60,250 nucleotides of DNA, from positions 558,001 to 618,250 of the forward strand of contig NZ_SMNA01000001.1 of NCBI RefSeq assembly GCF_004353825.1. The letters run 5' to 3'. This document shows positions 17,697 through 30,581 of the stretch, piece by piece. Positions within the stretch are counted from its first letter, which is position 1. The number at the start of each line of letters is the position of its first letter. Both the position numbers and the translations under genes were made by a program. Below the pieces are notes generated by a model, which saw only the letters and a list, made by a program, of their open reading frames with translations, was not told where the DNA came from and ran no database searches. Origin of the DNA: Occultella glacieicola. GTDB lineage: Bacteria > Actinomycetota > Actinomycetes > Actinomycetales > Beutenbergiaceae.

Positions 17697-18470
17697 CTAG
17701 AGCTCGCCGATCAGGTCGGCGATCCCGTCGTGCACCGCGCTCGGCCGGAACGGGTAGCCCTCGACCTCGGCCCGCTTCGTCGATCCGGTCAGTACCAGGT
17801 ACGTGCGCAGGCCCGCCTCCATCCCGGCCACGATGTCGGTGTCCATCCGGTCCCCGATCATCGCGGTGTGCTCGGAATGGGCCTCGATCCGGTTCATCGC
17901 GGTCCGGATCATCACAGGGTTCGGCTTGCCGACGAAGTACGGCTTGCGTCCGGTCGCGGCCGTGATCATCGCGGCCACGGACCCGGTGGCCGGCAGCGGG
18001 CCCTCCGCGGACGGGCCCGTCACGTCCGGGTTCGTGGCGATGAACCGGGCACCGGCGGCGACCAGCCGGATCGCCCGCGTGATGGCCGAGAACGAGTAGG
18101 TGCGGGTCTCCCCGAGCACGACGTAGTCCGGGTCGGTGTCGGTCAGGGTGTACCCACGCTCGTACAGCGCCGTGGTCAGCCCGGCCTCGCCGATCACGTA
18201 GGCGCTGCCGCCCGGGATCTGATCGGCCAGGAACGTCGCCGTCGCGAGCGCCGAGGTCCAGATCGAGGACTCCTCGACCTCGATCCCGGAGACGCGCAGC
18301 CGGGCGGCCAGGTCGCGCGGGGTGAAGATCGAGTTGTTCGTGAGGATCTGGAACGGGACCTGCTTCTGGCGCAGGGTGGCGATGAACTCGGGGGCGCCCG
18401 GCAGGGCCGACTCCTCGTGGACGAGCACGCCGTCCATGTCGGTCAGCCAGGCGGTGATCGGTTCGGTCAT
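17697..18470 (-). CDS. HAD-IIA family hydrolase (NagD-like)
   Basis: WLTDMDGVL, LTNNS, FIATNPD, VGKPNP, MIGDRMDTDI. Confidence 0.93.
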   Translation of the reverse strand: MTEPITAWLTDMDGVLVHEESALPGAPEFIATLRQKQVPFQILTNNSIFTPRDLAARLRVSGIEVEESSIWTSALATATFLADQIPGGSAYVIGEAGLTTALYERGYTLTDTDPDYVVLGETRTYSFSAITRAIRLVAAGARFIATNPDVTGPSAEGPLPATGSVAAMITAATGRKPYFVGKPNPVMIRTAMNRIEAHSEHTAMIGDRMDTDIVAGMEAGLRTYLVLTGSTKRAEVEGYPFRPSAVHDGIADLIGEL

Positions 18471-18633
18471 CTCGGTGCTCCTTGCGCGCGTGGCCGGCCT
18501 GCCCCCAGCGTAGGCGGTGGAACAGGCCTCCGTGCGCCGAGGCAGGGCCTCCCGCACGAACCGGGAGGACCTGCCCTCGGTGCGGACCGCCTCGGGCGCG
18601 GGCCGGCCTGGCAGCCGAGGCATACTGCCTCAC

Positions 18634-19251
18634 GTGGAGGAGAACGGAGGGGTCGGCGTCGGCCCGTGGCCCGGCGGACCGGAGCACTGGCCCGACGACC
18701 CGCGGCTGGACCCGGAGCTGCTCGCCGCCGGGGACGCCCGCAACGTCGTGGACCGCTACCGGTACTGGCGCCTGGAGGCGATCGTCGCGGACCTGGACAC
18801 CCGCCGGCACCCGTTGCACGTCGCGATCGAGAACTGGGGCCGTGACTTCAACATCGGCTCCGTGGTCCGCACCGCGAACGCGTTCGCGGTCGCGCAGGTG
18901 CACATCATCGGGCGACGGCGGTGGAACCGTCGCGGGGCGATGGTCACCGACCGCTACCAGCACCTGCGCCACCACGAGGACATCGAGGCCTTCGCCGTCT
19001 GGGCGGCGACCGAGGGCGTCCCGATCGTCGGGGTGGACAACATCGAGGGGTCCGTCCCGATCGAGGGTCGGACCCTGCCCCGGGCGTGCGTGCTGTTGTT
19101 CGGTGAGGAGTCGCAGGGGCTGACGCCGGCCGCGCAGGAGGCCAGCGACGTGATCGTGCACATCACCCAGTACGGCTCCACCCGGTCCATCAACGCCGGC
19201 GCCGCGGCCGCCGTCGCGATGCACCAGTGGATCCTCCAGCACGCCCGCTGA
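18634..19251 (+). CDS. TrmH/SpoU family RNA methyltransferase
   Basis: DFNIGSVVRTANAF, LLFGEESQGL, QYGSTRSINAGAA. Confidence 0.92.
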   Translation: MEENGGVGVGPWPGGPEHWPDDPRLDPELLAAGDARNVVDRYRYWRLEAIVADLDTRRHPLHVAIENWGRDFNIGSVVRTANAFAVAQVHIIGRRRWNRRGAMVTDRYQHLRHHEDIEAFAVWAATEGVPIVGVDNIEGSVPIEGRTLPRACVLLFGEESQGLTPAAQEASDVIVHITQYGSTRSINAGAAAAVAMHQWILQHAR

Positions 19252-19366
19252 CGCCCCACCCGACCGCGCGCCCGGCCGAGCGTCCACGCACGGGGCGCGA
19301 CCGCCGTCGGGCATGGGATCCGTGGGAGACTTCAGCGACAGCAGAAATCAAGACACAGGAGAGACC

Positions 19367-20389
<1,023 letters not shown>

Positions 20390-20510
20390 GGGCCTCCGCC
20401 CTCGATCCCTCGTCGGTCGGCCCGTTCGCGCCGTCCGGCGGGGGATCTCGTCGTTCGGTGGCCGACGGCGCAGCATCCGCCGAGCGGGGCGGGTCGCGTT
20501 CGGCGGCCGG

Positions 20511-20915
20511 TCAGGCCGGTTCCGGCGGGGGCGCCGCGGAGTTCGTGGCCGCGGGGGCGGGCTCGTCGGTGTCGACGACGTCCACCATCTCCCCGATCCG
20601 GGTCACCTCGAGCAGGAAGCGGACCACGTCCGGCGGCTTGATCATGGTGAGCCGGCCGGGGGTCCGGCTCGCCAGCCTGGCCAGCAGCGCGATCCCGGAG
20701 GAGTCCATGAACGTGACGTGACGGGTGTCCACCTGGACCGGGAGTCCGGCCGCCTCGGCGTCGGCGACAGCCTCCGTCAGGTCGGCGTTCAGAGACAGGT
20801 CGATCTCGCCGGAGAGGATCAGGCGGGTGCATTCGGACTCGAGGAGGGCGTGTACCGACCCACCGTGATCGGGCACCGAAGACGGCGGGCTGCCCGGGCT
20901 GTTAGCGTCTGCCAC
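20511..20915 (-). CDS. STAS domain anti-anti-sigma factor
   Basis: LSGEIDL...VDTRHVTFMDSSGIALL; GAGGAGG RBS before GTG 20915. Confidence 0.88.
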   Translation of the reverse strand: MADANSPGSPPSSVPDHGGSVHALLESECTRLILSGEIDLSLNADLTEAVADAEAAGLPVQVDTRHVTFMDSSGIALLARLASRTPGRLTMIKPPDVVRFLLEVTRIGEMVDVVDTDEPAPAATNSAAPPPEPA

Positions 20916-20991
20916 ACATGCCTCCTCAGGCTGTATAGGGACGGGCTCACACTCGCCGTCCGCCGACAGGTCACACCGTAGACGATGGAGG

Positions 20992-23157
20992 ATGCAGGTG
21001 ACGAATATCCCGTCCCCGGCCGAGGATGTGGAGGTGAGTTTCGGATCGCCGTCAGGGACTCGCACACGGCAGGTGGCCGGTGGCCGGGACGTGGCCGAGC
21101 GTCGGCTCACCGCGGCCCGGGCCGTGGCCGCCGAGACCGTGCTGAACGGCGATCACGCCGTCGTCGTGATCGGTGTGACCAGCAACGGGCCGGAACTGAC
21201 GTGGATGAATCCGGCGTTCGAGCGGGCCAGCGGGTACAGCCTCGCCGAGGCCAAGGCGCGTGACGGGGACATCCTGAGCCCCGGCTACCGGTCGGTGGTG
21301 CTGGCCCGGCTGGCCGAACATGCGATGGACCGCGAGCCGTTCCCGATGACCCTGCCGACGTTGCGTCCGGACGGCGAGGAGGTGGCCGTGCCCGTGATGA
21401 TCACTCCGCACTTCGATGGGCGGGACTCGCTGGACTTCTTCGTTGCCGTGCAGTTCGGCGCGCTCGAGCCGGTCGCCACTCCGTCGCCGGACCTCGGCTA
21501 CCACTCGAGGCACGCTCTGGAGACCGTTGCCCGGGTCTCCGATATCTTGTCGCAGGTCGGTGACGACCAGGTGCTGGACGCCATCGGTCGACTGCTCACG
21601 CGACACCTGTACCCCTGGTGCGGTTTCTTCGCCGACGACGGTGTCCTCACGCCGATCAGCGGCCTCGCCGGTGGCGTGGCCGCCGGGCAGCGGCCGCCGG
21701 GGCGGGCGGTGGCCGATCAGGACGATCCCGTCGGCCGGCTGCTGGGGGCCACCTTGATGCGGCGCGTCCGCATCGGCGTTGACTCGGTGGAGTCGGCCGG
21801 CAGTCCGAGCGCGCAGCTCGTCGAGCACGCCCGCGCGGCGCTCGGCGGAACGCTCGCTCCGGGCGGTGAGCTGCTCGTGCTCCCGCTGCTCGGGCGGGGC
21901 CGGACCCTCGGGGTCATGGCGGTGGTTCAGCGTGGGGTCGGCGATGACCAGGAGGAGTCCGAGACCGTCCTGGAACTCGTCGCCCGCCGGGTCGGGCTCG
22001 CGATGGACCACTCCCGGCTGTACGAGGCCGAGCACCGGGTCGCCGAGGCCCTGCAGCGGGCGATGCTGCCCGAACAGGACCAGGTCGACGGACTGGACGT
22101 GTGGACGTACTACGCGCCCAACGCCGAGCACGCGCAGGTGGGCGGGGACTGGTTCGACGTGGTCCACCTGGACGAGCGCACCGTCGCGACCGTGGTGGGG
22201 GACGTGGTCGGCCATGACGTGGAGGCGGCCGCCTCGATGGGCCAGCTGCGGTCCGTGGTGCGAGCGTTCGCGACGGAACTCATCGACCCCGGGACCGTGC
22301 TCACGAAGGTGGACGGAATCCTCGAGGGCATGCGGATACCGCGGCCGGCATCCCTGGTCTACGCGACGCTCACGCCGGCCGATGAGGAGACCGGCACCTG
22401 GGTGCTCGACTACACCCGCGCGGGCCACCTGCCCGGGTTGTTGATCAGCGGGGGCGAGGTCCGCGACCTCGATGGCGCCCCCGGCCGGCTGATGGGGTTC
22501 GGAGGGGCCGAACGCGAGACGGCGACGGTCCGGGTCCGTCCCGGTGACGTCGTGATGTTCTACACCGATGGACTGGTCGAGCGCCGGTCCCGGACGATCC
22601 AGGACGGTGTGCAGCTGGTGCGCGGCATCCTGCAGGAGGCGGCGGCCGCCGCGACCGGCGCCGCCGATGTGGGCGAGGCGCTGCTGCGCAGGCTGTCCGA
22701 GCCGCCCGAGGATGACATCGCCGTCGTCATCATCCGGCTCCCGGAGCCGACCGGCCCGGCGGGGGCGCGGAGCCCGAGGCAGGCGCGCTGGCGCCTCTCG
22801 TCGGACACCGACTCGGTGCGCATGGCTCGGCGGCTGACCGTCAGTACCTGCGAGCTCTGGGGGGTGGCCAACGCCGGTGCCGCGGAGCTGGTGGTCGCCG
22901 AGCTGGTCTCGAACGCGGTTCTGCACGGGTGGGGCTCGGTGGTCCTGAGTCTGAAGGATCCGGGGGACGGCCTCCGGATCGAGGTGGAGGACGGCAACCC
23001 CGTCCCCCCGACCTCGCTCGAGGTGCACCCCGCGCGGGTCGGCGGCTATGGCATGCGCATCGTCACTCGGCTGGCCGACTGGGGCTGGCGCCCGTCGGGG
23101 GCCGGCAAGGTCGTGTGGGCGCGGATGCGCCAGGAGATCCCGGAAGGCCTCCTCTAG
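20992..23157 (+). CDS. SpoIIE/PP2C phosphatase with PAS/GAF input and C-terminal HATPase (anti-sigma kinase-like) domain
   Basis: WMNPAFERASGYS (PAS); AEALQRAMLP, VGGDWFD, GDVVGHD, YTDGLVE, DDIA (PP2C); ELVSNAVLHG...GGYGMRIV...GKVVWA; start position uncertain. Confidence 0.88.
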   Translation: MQVTNIPSPAEDVEVSFGSPSGTRTRQVAGGRDVAERRLTAARAVAAETVLNGDHAVVVIGVTSNGPELTWMNPAFERASGYSLAEAKARDGDILSPGYRSVVLARLAEHAMDREPFPMTLPTLRPDGEEVAVPVMITPHFDGRDSLDFFVAVQFGALEPVATPSPDLGYHSRHALETVARVSDILSQVGDDQVLDAIGRLLTRHLYPWCGFFADDGVLTPISGLAGGVAAGQRPPGRAVADQDDPVGRLLGATLMRRVRIGVDSVESAGSPSAQLVEHARAALGGTLAPGGELLVLPLLGRGRTLGVMAVVQRGVGDDQEESETVLELVARRVGLAMDHSRLYEAEHRVAEALQRAMLPEQDQVDGLDVWTYYAPNAEHAQVGGDWFDVVHLDERTVATVVGDVVGHDVEAAASMGQLRSVVRAFATELIDPGTVLTKVDGILEGMRIPRPASLVYATLTPADEETGTWVLDYTRAGHLPGLLISGGEVRDLDGAPGRLMGFGGAERETATVRVRPGDVVMFYTDGLVERRSRTIQDGVQLVRGILQEAAAAATGAADVGEALLRRLSEPPEDDIAVVIIRLPEPTGPAGARSPRQARWRLSSDTDSVRMARRLTVSTCELWGVANAGAAELVVAELVSNAVLHGWGSVVLSLKDPGDGLRIEVEDGNPVPPTSLEVHPARVGGYGMRIVTRLADWGWRPSGAGKVVWARMRQEIPEGLL

Positions 23158-23161
23158 GGCG

Positions 23162-23476
23162 CTAGCACCGGTGGGTGGCGTCGATCTCGAACAGGTCGAT
23201 GGCCCCCGTCACGCTGAGCACGAACATGTCGCGGTCGCTGGCGCCCCGCAGGACCGTGGTGCCGCCGCGGCGCCGGACCCGGTCGGCGAGGGTGATCAGC
23301 CAGGTCGCCCCGCTGGAGTCCATGAAGCCCATCCCGCAGACGTCCAGGACGAGTCGTTCGGAGTCGAGCTGACCAGCCCGGCGCAGGGCCGCCGGAGCGC
23401 TCTCGCTCGCGGACAGGTCAAGATCGCCTGTCACGGTGACGAGCGCCTCGGACGCCGAGGCCGACACATCGATCAC
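23162..23476 (-). CDS. STAS domain anti-anti-sigma factor
   Basis: VTGDLDL...LDVCGMGFMDSSGATWL; GGAGG before GTG 23476. Confidence 0.85.
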   Translation of the reverse strand: MIDVSASASEALVTVTGDLDLSASESAPAALRRAGQLDSERLVLDVCGMGFMDSSGATWLITLADRVRRRGGTTVLRGASDRDMFVLSVTGAIDLFEIDATHRC

Positions 23477-23603
23477 GCCGGACCTCCCGTCCCGCTCTCG
23501 TGCGAGGGTAGTTGCGGTACCGGTGACCCGCATGTCGAGCCCGGCCCACGCCGTCGGGACCGGCCGGGCCTGGTGATACGCGAGTGGTGCGAGACTGGAC
23601 CCC

Positions 23604-24014
23604 ATGGCCGAGAATCTGCTGGGTGGCCCCGCGCCCACCCTCCTGCCCGCCGACCACCCCGACGTCGCGGCGCGTGCCGCGCTCGCGGCAGGCGAGGACC
23701 TGCGCGCCGTCGCCGCCCGCCTGCCCGCCGCCAGCTACGCCTGGGGCATGCTGGCCCGCGAGGCCCTCGCCGCCGGCGACCCGGTCGCCGCCTACGCCTA
23801 CGCCCGCACGGGCTACCACCGGGGCCTGGACGCGTTGCGCCGGTCCGGCTGGAAGGGCCACGGGCCGATCCCCGCCGACCACGCACCGAACCAGGGTTTC
23901 CTGATCGCGCTGCTCGCGCTCGCGGACGCCGCCGAGCAGATCGGGGAGACCGAGGAGGCGCAGCGGTGCCGGACGTTCGCGGACGACTCGGACCCGGCGG
24001 CACGCTCCCTCTGA
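23604..24014 (+). CDS. DUF3151 family protein
   Basis: AYAYARTGYHRGLDALRRSGWKGHGPIP...NQGFL; usual actinobacterial position between fbaA and purA. Confidence 0.9.
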   Translation: MAENLLGGPAPTLLPADHPDVAARAALAAGEDLRAVAARLPAASYAWGMLAREALAAGDPVAAYAYARTGYHRGLDALRRSGWKGHGPIPADHAPNQGFLIALLALADAAEQIGETEEAQRCRTFADDSDPAARSL

Positions 24015-24071
24015 TCCCAGTAACCTAGCCGGGGGCCCGATACGCGGTTCCGCGACGAAAGGGACTCTTCG

Positions 24072-25358
24072 ATGCCAGCGGTGGTGGTCCTCGGCGCCCA
24101 GTGGGGCGACGAAGGCAAGGGCAAGGCGACCGACCAACTCGGTTCGCGGGTGGATTACGTCGTCAAGTTCAACGGCGGCAACAACGCCGGCCACACCGTG
24201 GTGGTGGGCGACGAGAAGTACGCCCTGCACCTGCTCCCCTCTGGGATCCTCTCACCCGGCTGCGTGCCGGTCGTCGGCAACGGCGTGGTCGTGGACCTGG
24301 AGGTCCTGTTCGAGGAACTCGAGGCGCTCACCTCCCGGGGCGTCGACGTGTCCCGGCTCCTCATCTCCTCGAGCGCACACGTCATCCCCAGCTACAACCG
24401 GACGCTGGACAAGGTCACCGAGCGGTTCCTCGGCAAGCGCCAGATCGGCACCACCGGCCGTGGCATCGGCCCCACCTACGCGGACAAGATGAACCGCGTC
24501 GGGATCCGCATCTCGGACCTCTTCGACGAGAAGATCCTGCGGGAGAAGGTCGAGGGCGCCCTGACCCAGAAGAACCAGATCCTGGTCAAGATCTACAACC
24601 GGCGGGCCGCGGACGTCGACGCCGTCACCGCCGAGCTGCTCTCCTACGCCGACCGGGTCCGCCCGATGGTCGCCGACACCTCACTCGTCCTCAACCAGGC
24701 GCTCGACGCCGGCAAGACGTTGGTGTTCGAGGCCGGCCAGGCCACCATGCTCGACGTGGACCACGGCACCTATCCGTTCGTGACCTCCTCCTCGGCCACC
24801 GCCGGCGGGGTGTGCACCGGTGCCGGGATCGGCCCGAGCCGGGTGGACCGGGTGGTCGGCGTCATCAAGGCCTACACCACCCGCGTCGGCGAGGGCCCCT
24901 TCCCGACCGAGCTGCACGACGACCTGGGCGAGCACCTGCGCAAGACCGGCGGCGAGTACGGCGTGACCACCGGCCGCCCACGCCGCACCGGCTGGTACGA
25001 CGCCGTCATCGCCCGGTACTCCGGCCGGGTCAACGGCCTCACCGACCTGGTGCTGACCAAGCTCGACGTGCTCACCGGGCAGGAGAAGGTTCCGGTCTGC
25101 GTGGCCTACGACGTCGACGGGGTGCGCCACGACGAGATGCCCGTGGACCAGTCCGCGTTCCACCACGCGAAGCCCGTCTACGAGGAACTGGACGGCTGGT
25201 GGGAGGACATCTCGCACTGCCGCACGTTCGAGGAGCTGCCGGTCAACGCCCAGCGCTACGTGCTCGCCCTGGAGGAGATGTCCGGCACCCGGATCTCCTC
25301 CATCGGCGTCGGCCCGGACCGTGAGGCCACGATCGTCCGCCACGACCTCCTCGACTGA
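24072..25358 (+). CDS. purA: Adenylosuccinate synthetase
   Basis: [43 protein letters not shown]. Confidence 0.98.
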   Translation: MPAVVVLGAQWGDEGKGKATDQLGSRVDYVVKFNGGNNAGHTVVVGDEKYALHLLPSGILSPGCVPVVGNGVVVDLEVLFEELEALTSRGVDVSRLLISSSAHVIPSYNRTLDKVTERFLGKRQIGTTGRGIGPTYADKMNRVGIRISDLFDEKILREKVEGALTQKNQILVKIYNRRAADVDAVTAELLSYADRVRPMVADTSLVLNQALDAGKTLVFEAGQATMLDVDHGTYPFVTSSSATAGGVCTGAGIGPSRVDRVVGVIKAYTTRVGEGPFPTELHDDLGEHLRKTGGEYGVTTGRPRRTGWYDAVIARYSGRVNGLTDLVLTKLDVLTGQEKVPVCVAYDVDGVRHDEMPVDQSAFHHAKPVYEELDGWWEDISHCRTFEELPVNAQRYVLALEEMSGTRISSIGVGPDREATIVRHDLLD

Positions 25359-25412
25359 AGCGTCCGGCCCGGACGGCGGGCTCGCCTCGGGCCCCGACGC
25401 GCACCGTGGTCG

Positions 25413-27032
25413 TCACCGACCGGACATCAGGGTCCGCCAGAAGTCCAGGTGGTGCTCGGCGGCGACGTCCACCGGCGCGATCGCACCGGGAGCGAACGAC
25501 TGGACGTACGGCGTGTCCGCGGTGCCGTCGAACCTCGGCCAGGCCGGGCCCGCGGCGGAGCCCGGGTCCCCGGTGGCGGCGAAGGCGGCCCAGTAGTCGA
25601 TCAGCTGGTCCGCGAGGTGCTGCTGCGCGGGGGTGAGCGTCGGCTCGACGCCGCTGAGCGAGAAGAAGGACCAGAGCTCGGAGGTGTGGTAGGCCCCCAT
25701 GTTCATCGGGGCCGGGCTGCTGAACGGCGGGGCTGGGTCGGAGAACTCGTATTGGTGGACGGGCACGTACCTCGACAACGCGGCCGAGGTCGCGTACTGG
25801 CCGGCTGCCCACTTGGAGTCGGTGGCGATCGCGGCCCACGCCGCCGCGCCGGAGGGGTAGGCGCTCCTCGGGTAGACCTCCTCGACGGCCGCCCGGTCCT
25901 CGCCGAACGTCTCGGTCATCACCTCCTCGTAGGTCTGTTCGCCCATCGGCCCGGCGCCGCCCTCGTAGCCGACCACCTCCAGCGTCGACTCGTCGCGGGT
26001 GTGCCCGGAGAGGACCGGGACCCGGTTGAAGGCGCCGGTCGCGATCGCTTCGCTCGGTTCGATGGGGAGCAGGTCGGTGCCGTACGCGGGCTGGATGAAC
26101 CCGTCCATGACCGGCCTGAGGGTCTCCACGGGGAGGGCCCGCAAGCAGTCGAGGACCGCGTCCGGGTGATCGCTCGAGCAGCCGAGTTCCGTGGCGAGTG
26201 CCCGGCCACGCTCCTGGACGGTCGCCACCGGGAGCAGGATGTCATCGGCCGGCTGGCCCTGGTACACGGTGTTCGCCAGCCAGGCCAGGTCACAGGAACC
26301 GCTCTGCATGATCGCCCGGTCGAACAGCCCGGCCGCGCCCGGCGAGGCTAGTTGGGCGCACGTGCTGACGGCACCGGCGGACTGGCCCGCGAGGGTGACG
26401 TTGTCCGGGTCGCCGCCGAATGCGGCGGCGTTGCGCTGCACCCACGCCATCGCGGCCTGCTGGTCGGCCAGCCCGAACGTGCCCGATCCCTCGAGGCCGG
26501 GCAGGCCGAGGAAACCGAACATCCCGAGGCGGTAGTTGATCGTGATCACGACGGCGTCGCCCCGGGTCGCGAGCCGGGTCGCGTCGTAGTTGTGGCTCGC
26601 GCCCTGGTAGAAGCCGCCACCATGCACCCACAGGATCACCGGCAGCGGTTCGTCCGTGGCTCCGGCCGGGGTGGTCACATTCAGGGAGAGGCAGTCCTCG
26701 CTGGTGCTGCCCTCCGGCAGTTCGCCCGGGTTCTGCGCACAGGCGGGCCCCGGGGTGGTGGCATCACGCACGCCGCGCCACGGCTCGGGGGGTTCCGGAG
26801 CGCGCCAGCGAAGCTCGCCAACGGGCGGGGCCGCGTACGGGATGCCCTGGAACGTGCGGGTCCCGTCGTGGAGCGTGCCCCGGACCAGACCGCCGTCCGT
26901 GGCCACCACGGTCCGACCGGGCCCGGCCGCGGCAGGGCCGGGGAGGCCGAGAATGGCGGCGACGGTCAGCACCACGGTGATGATCGGAAGGACCCGCGGG
27001 ATCGGTGGATGTGCTCGCTGCGGTGTCGGCAT
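25413..27032 (-). CDS. Secreted type-B carboxylesterase (cholinesterase fold)
   Basis: Signal peptide; GIPYAAPPVGELRW, SEDCLSLNV, HGGGF, GQSAG, TRDES, GAYHTSE. Confidence 0.92.
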   Translation of the reverse strand: MPTPQRAHPPIPRVLPIITVVLTVAAILGLPGPAAAGPGRTVVATDGGLVRGTLHDGTRTFQGIPYAAPPVGELRWRAPEPPEPWRGVRDATTPGPACAQNPGELPEGSTSEDCLSLNVTTPAGATDEPLPVILWVHGGGFYQGASHNYDATRLATRGDAVVITINYRLGMFGFLGLPGLEGSGTFGLADQQAAMAWVQRNAAAFGGDPDNVTLAGQSAGAVSTCAQLASPGAAGLFDRAIMQSGSCDLAWLANTVYQGQPADDILLPVATVQERGRALATELGCSSDHPDAVLDCLRALPVETLRPVMDGFIQPAYGTDLLPIEPSEAIATGAFNRVPVLSGHTRDESTLEVVGYEGGAGPMGEQTYEEVMTETFGEDRAAVEEVYPRSAYPSGAAAWAAIATDSKWAAGQYATSAALSRYVPVHQYEFSDPAPPFSSPAPMNMGAYHTSELWSFFSLSGVEPTLTPAQQHLADQLIDYWAAFAATGDPGSAAGPAWPRFDGTADTPYVQSFAPGAIAPVDVAAEHHLDFWRTLMSGR

Positions 27033-27237
27033 CGGGTGCGACAACTCCTCGGGTCGGTGGCGCAGGGTGCGCCGGTGGACCGTCAGTCCATCAAGCCTCG
27101 GGCCGCGGGCAACAGCGCCCGAACGTCTGGAGCGCTACCGACGAAGGTCGGGTTCCGAGGTGCTGGGCGAGGAGTCTGTCGATAGCGTGCCCGCAACGTC
27201 GAGTTCATCCCGAACCAGCCGTCGAGGAGAACACCGC

Positions 27238-28953
<1,716 letters not shown>

Positions 28954-28986
28954 CGGCGACGGGACCCCGGACTCGCCCGGCACCCG

Positions 28987-30441
28987 TCAGCGCGGGGCGT
29001 GCGCCTCGAGGAAGGCGTAGACCTCCGCATCGTCGACTCCGGGGAACGTGCCGGATGGGAGGGCGCCGAGGATGTGCGTGTGCAGCTTCGCGCTGGGCCA
29101 GGCGGCGCCCCGCCATTTCGCGGTGAGGTCGGCGGAGGGCTCCCGGCAGCAGGTCGGGTCCGGGCAGCGCGAGACCGAGCGGGATGTGCTCTCGCGCCCA
29201 CGGAACCACTTCGCGGCCGCGAACGGGACGCCGAGCGTGACCGAGAAGTCGCCGTCGGCGCCCTGGCCGGTCTGGGCGCTGCACCAGTAGGTGCCGGACG
29301 GGGTGTCGGTGTACTGGTGGAACTCACCGGCCAGGTCGTTGTGGTCGAACACGGTGCGCGAGGTCCAGTGCCGGCACACCGTCTGCCCCTCGATCGCGCC
29401 GGTGACGTCGGTCGGGAAGTCCACGTCGTCGTTCTCGTAGCCCTTGTAGAGGGTGCCGTCCCGGCCGACCCGGGCGAAGTGCACCGTGATGCCGAGCTGG
29501 GAGGTGGCGAGGTTCGTGAACCGGTGCGCCGCGCTCTCGTGGGTGACTCCGAACGCGTCCCGGAGGTCCTCGACGGCGAGGTCCCGGTTCCGCTTGGCCG
29601 CGAGCAGGAACTCGGTGGCGGCGTGCCGGGGCATCAGCACGCACGCGGCGAAGTAGCTGATCTCCAGACGCTGGCGCAGGAAGTCCGCGTAGGTACCGGG
29701 ATGGGTGTGCCCGAGGACCCGGTGCGCGACCGCCTGCAGAGCCAGGGAACGGAGCCCGTGCCCGCCCGGCAGTGACGCCGGCGGCAGGTAGATCCGGCCG
29801 TGCTCCAGGTCGGTGACGGTCCGGGTGGAGGAGGGCAGATCCCGGGCGTGATGGAGGCTGAATCCCAGATGGGAGACGAGCTGCTCGACCGTGCGGTGGG
29901 TCAGCGGGCCGGAGGAGTACCCGACCGTGACCAGCAGTGCCTCGGCCGCGTCCTCGATCTCCTCGAGGTAGTTGTCCCGGGCCCGCATGGCCCGGCGCAG
30001 CTCGGTGTTCGCACGCCGGGCCTCCTCGGGGGTGGCGCTGGCCTCGCTGGAGCGTCGGGCCAGTTCGGTGTGTAGCCCGACCAGCGCCTCCAGGGCCTCG
30101 GTGGGCAGCCGCTTGCCGGCCCGGACCCGGGGCAGGCCGAGCGCCGCGTAGAGCGGTCCGCGCTGGGCGGCGTCCAGGGCGATCTCGAGGCCGTCGCGCC
30201 GGCTCGGCGGCTCGGCGTCCAGCAGGGTGGCGAGCTCGACGCCGAGCGCGGTCGCGATCGCCTGCAGGAGGGTGAGCCGGGGTTCGCGGTGACCGTTCTC
30301 GATCAGCGAGAGCTGGCTCGGGGCGGTGCCGACCTGGCCGGCCAAGTCGTCCAACGTCATCCCGGCGGTGCTCCGGAAGTGCCGGATCCGCCGCCCGATG
30401 GTCAGGACGGTGGTCTGCGGATCGGTGATCTCGGCGCTCAC
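28987..30441 (-). CDS. XRE-family short-chain acyl-CoA regulator (RamB/PrpR-like)
   Basis: N-terminal HTH (SQLSLIENGHREP), YFAACVLMP, ESAAHRFTNL, Cys-rich C-terminus; divergent from aceA. Confidence 0.8.
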   Translation of the reverse strand: MSAEITDPQTTVLTIGRRIRHFRSTAGMTLDDLAGQVGTAPSQLSLIENGHREPRLTLLQAIATALGVELATLLDAEPPSRRDGLEIALDAAQRGPLYAALGLPRVRAGKRLPTEALEALVGLHTELARRSSEASATPEEARRANTELRRAMRARDNYLEEIEDAAEALLVTVGYSSGPLTHRTVEQLVSHLGFSLHHARDLPSSTRTVTDLEHGRIYLPPASLPGGHGLRSLALQAVAHRVLGHTHPGTYADFLRQRLEISYFAACVLMPRHAATEFLLAAKRNRDLAVEDLRDAFGVTHESAAHRFTNLATSQLGITVHFARVGRDGTLYKGYENDDVDFPTDVTGAIEGQTVCRHWTSRTVFDHNDLAGEFHQYTDTPSGTYWCSAQTGQGADGDFSVTLGVPFAAAKWFRGRESTSRSVSRCPDPTCCREPSADLTAKWRGAAWPSAKLHTHILGALPSGTFPGVDDAEVYAFLEAHAPR

Positions 30442-30581
30442 GCCTTCACGTTAGCGAAAGAGAAGCGAATCTTTCCAACAGTTGACCGTGGAAGGGCACT
30501 GGTTCTTGCAGCAGAGTCGTCAACAGCCGCCACACCCGAGGCGGCCACCGAGCACCGAACGACGCATCCGAGAAGGAGTGA

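Noticed and set aside
26656..27237. Long N-terminal extension of the BCCT ORF
   Set aside because: Overlaps the divergent esterase; a GAGGAG RBS supports ATG at 27238
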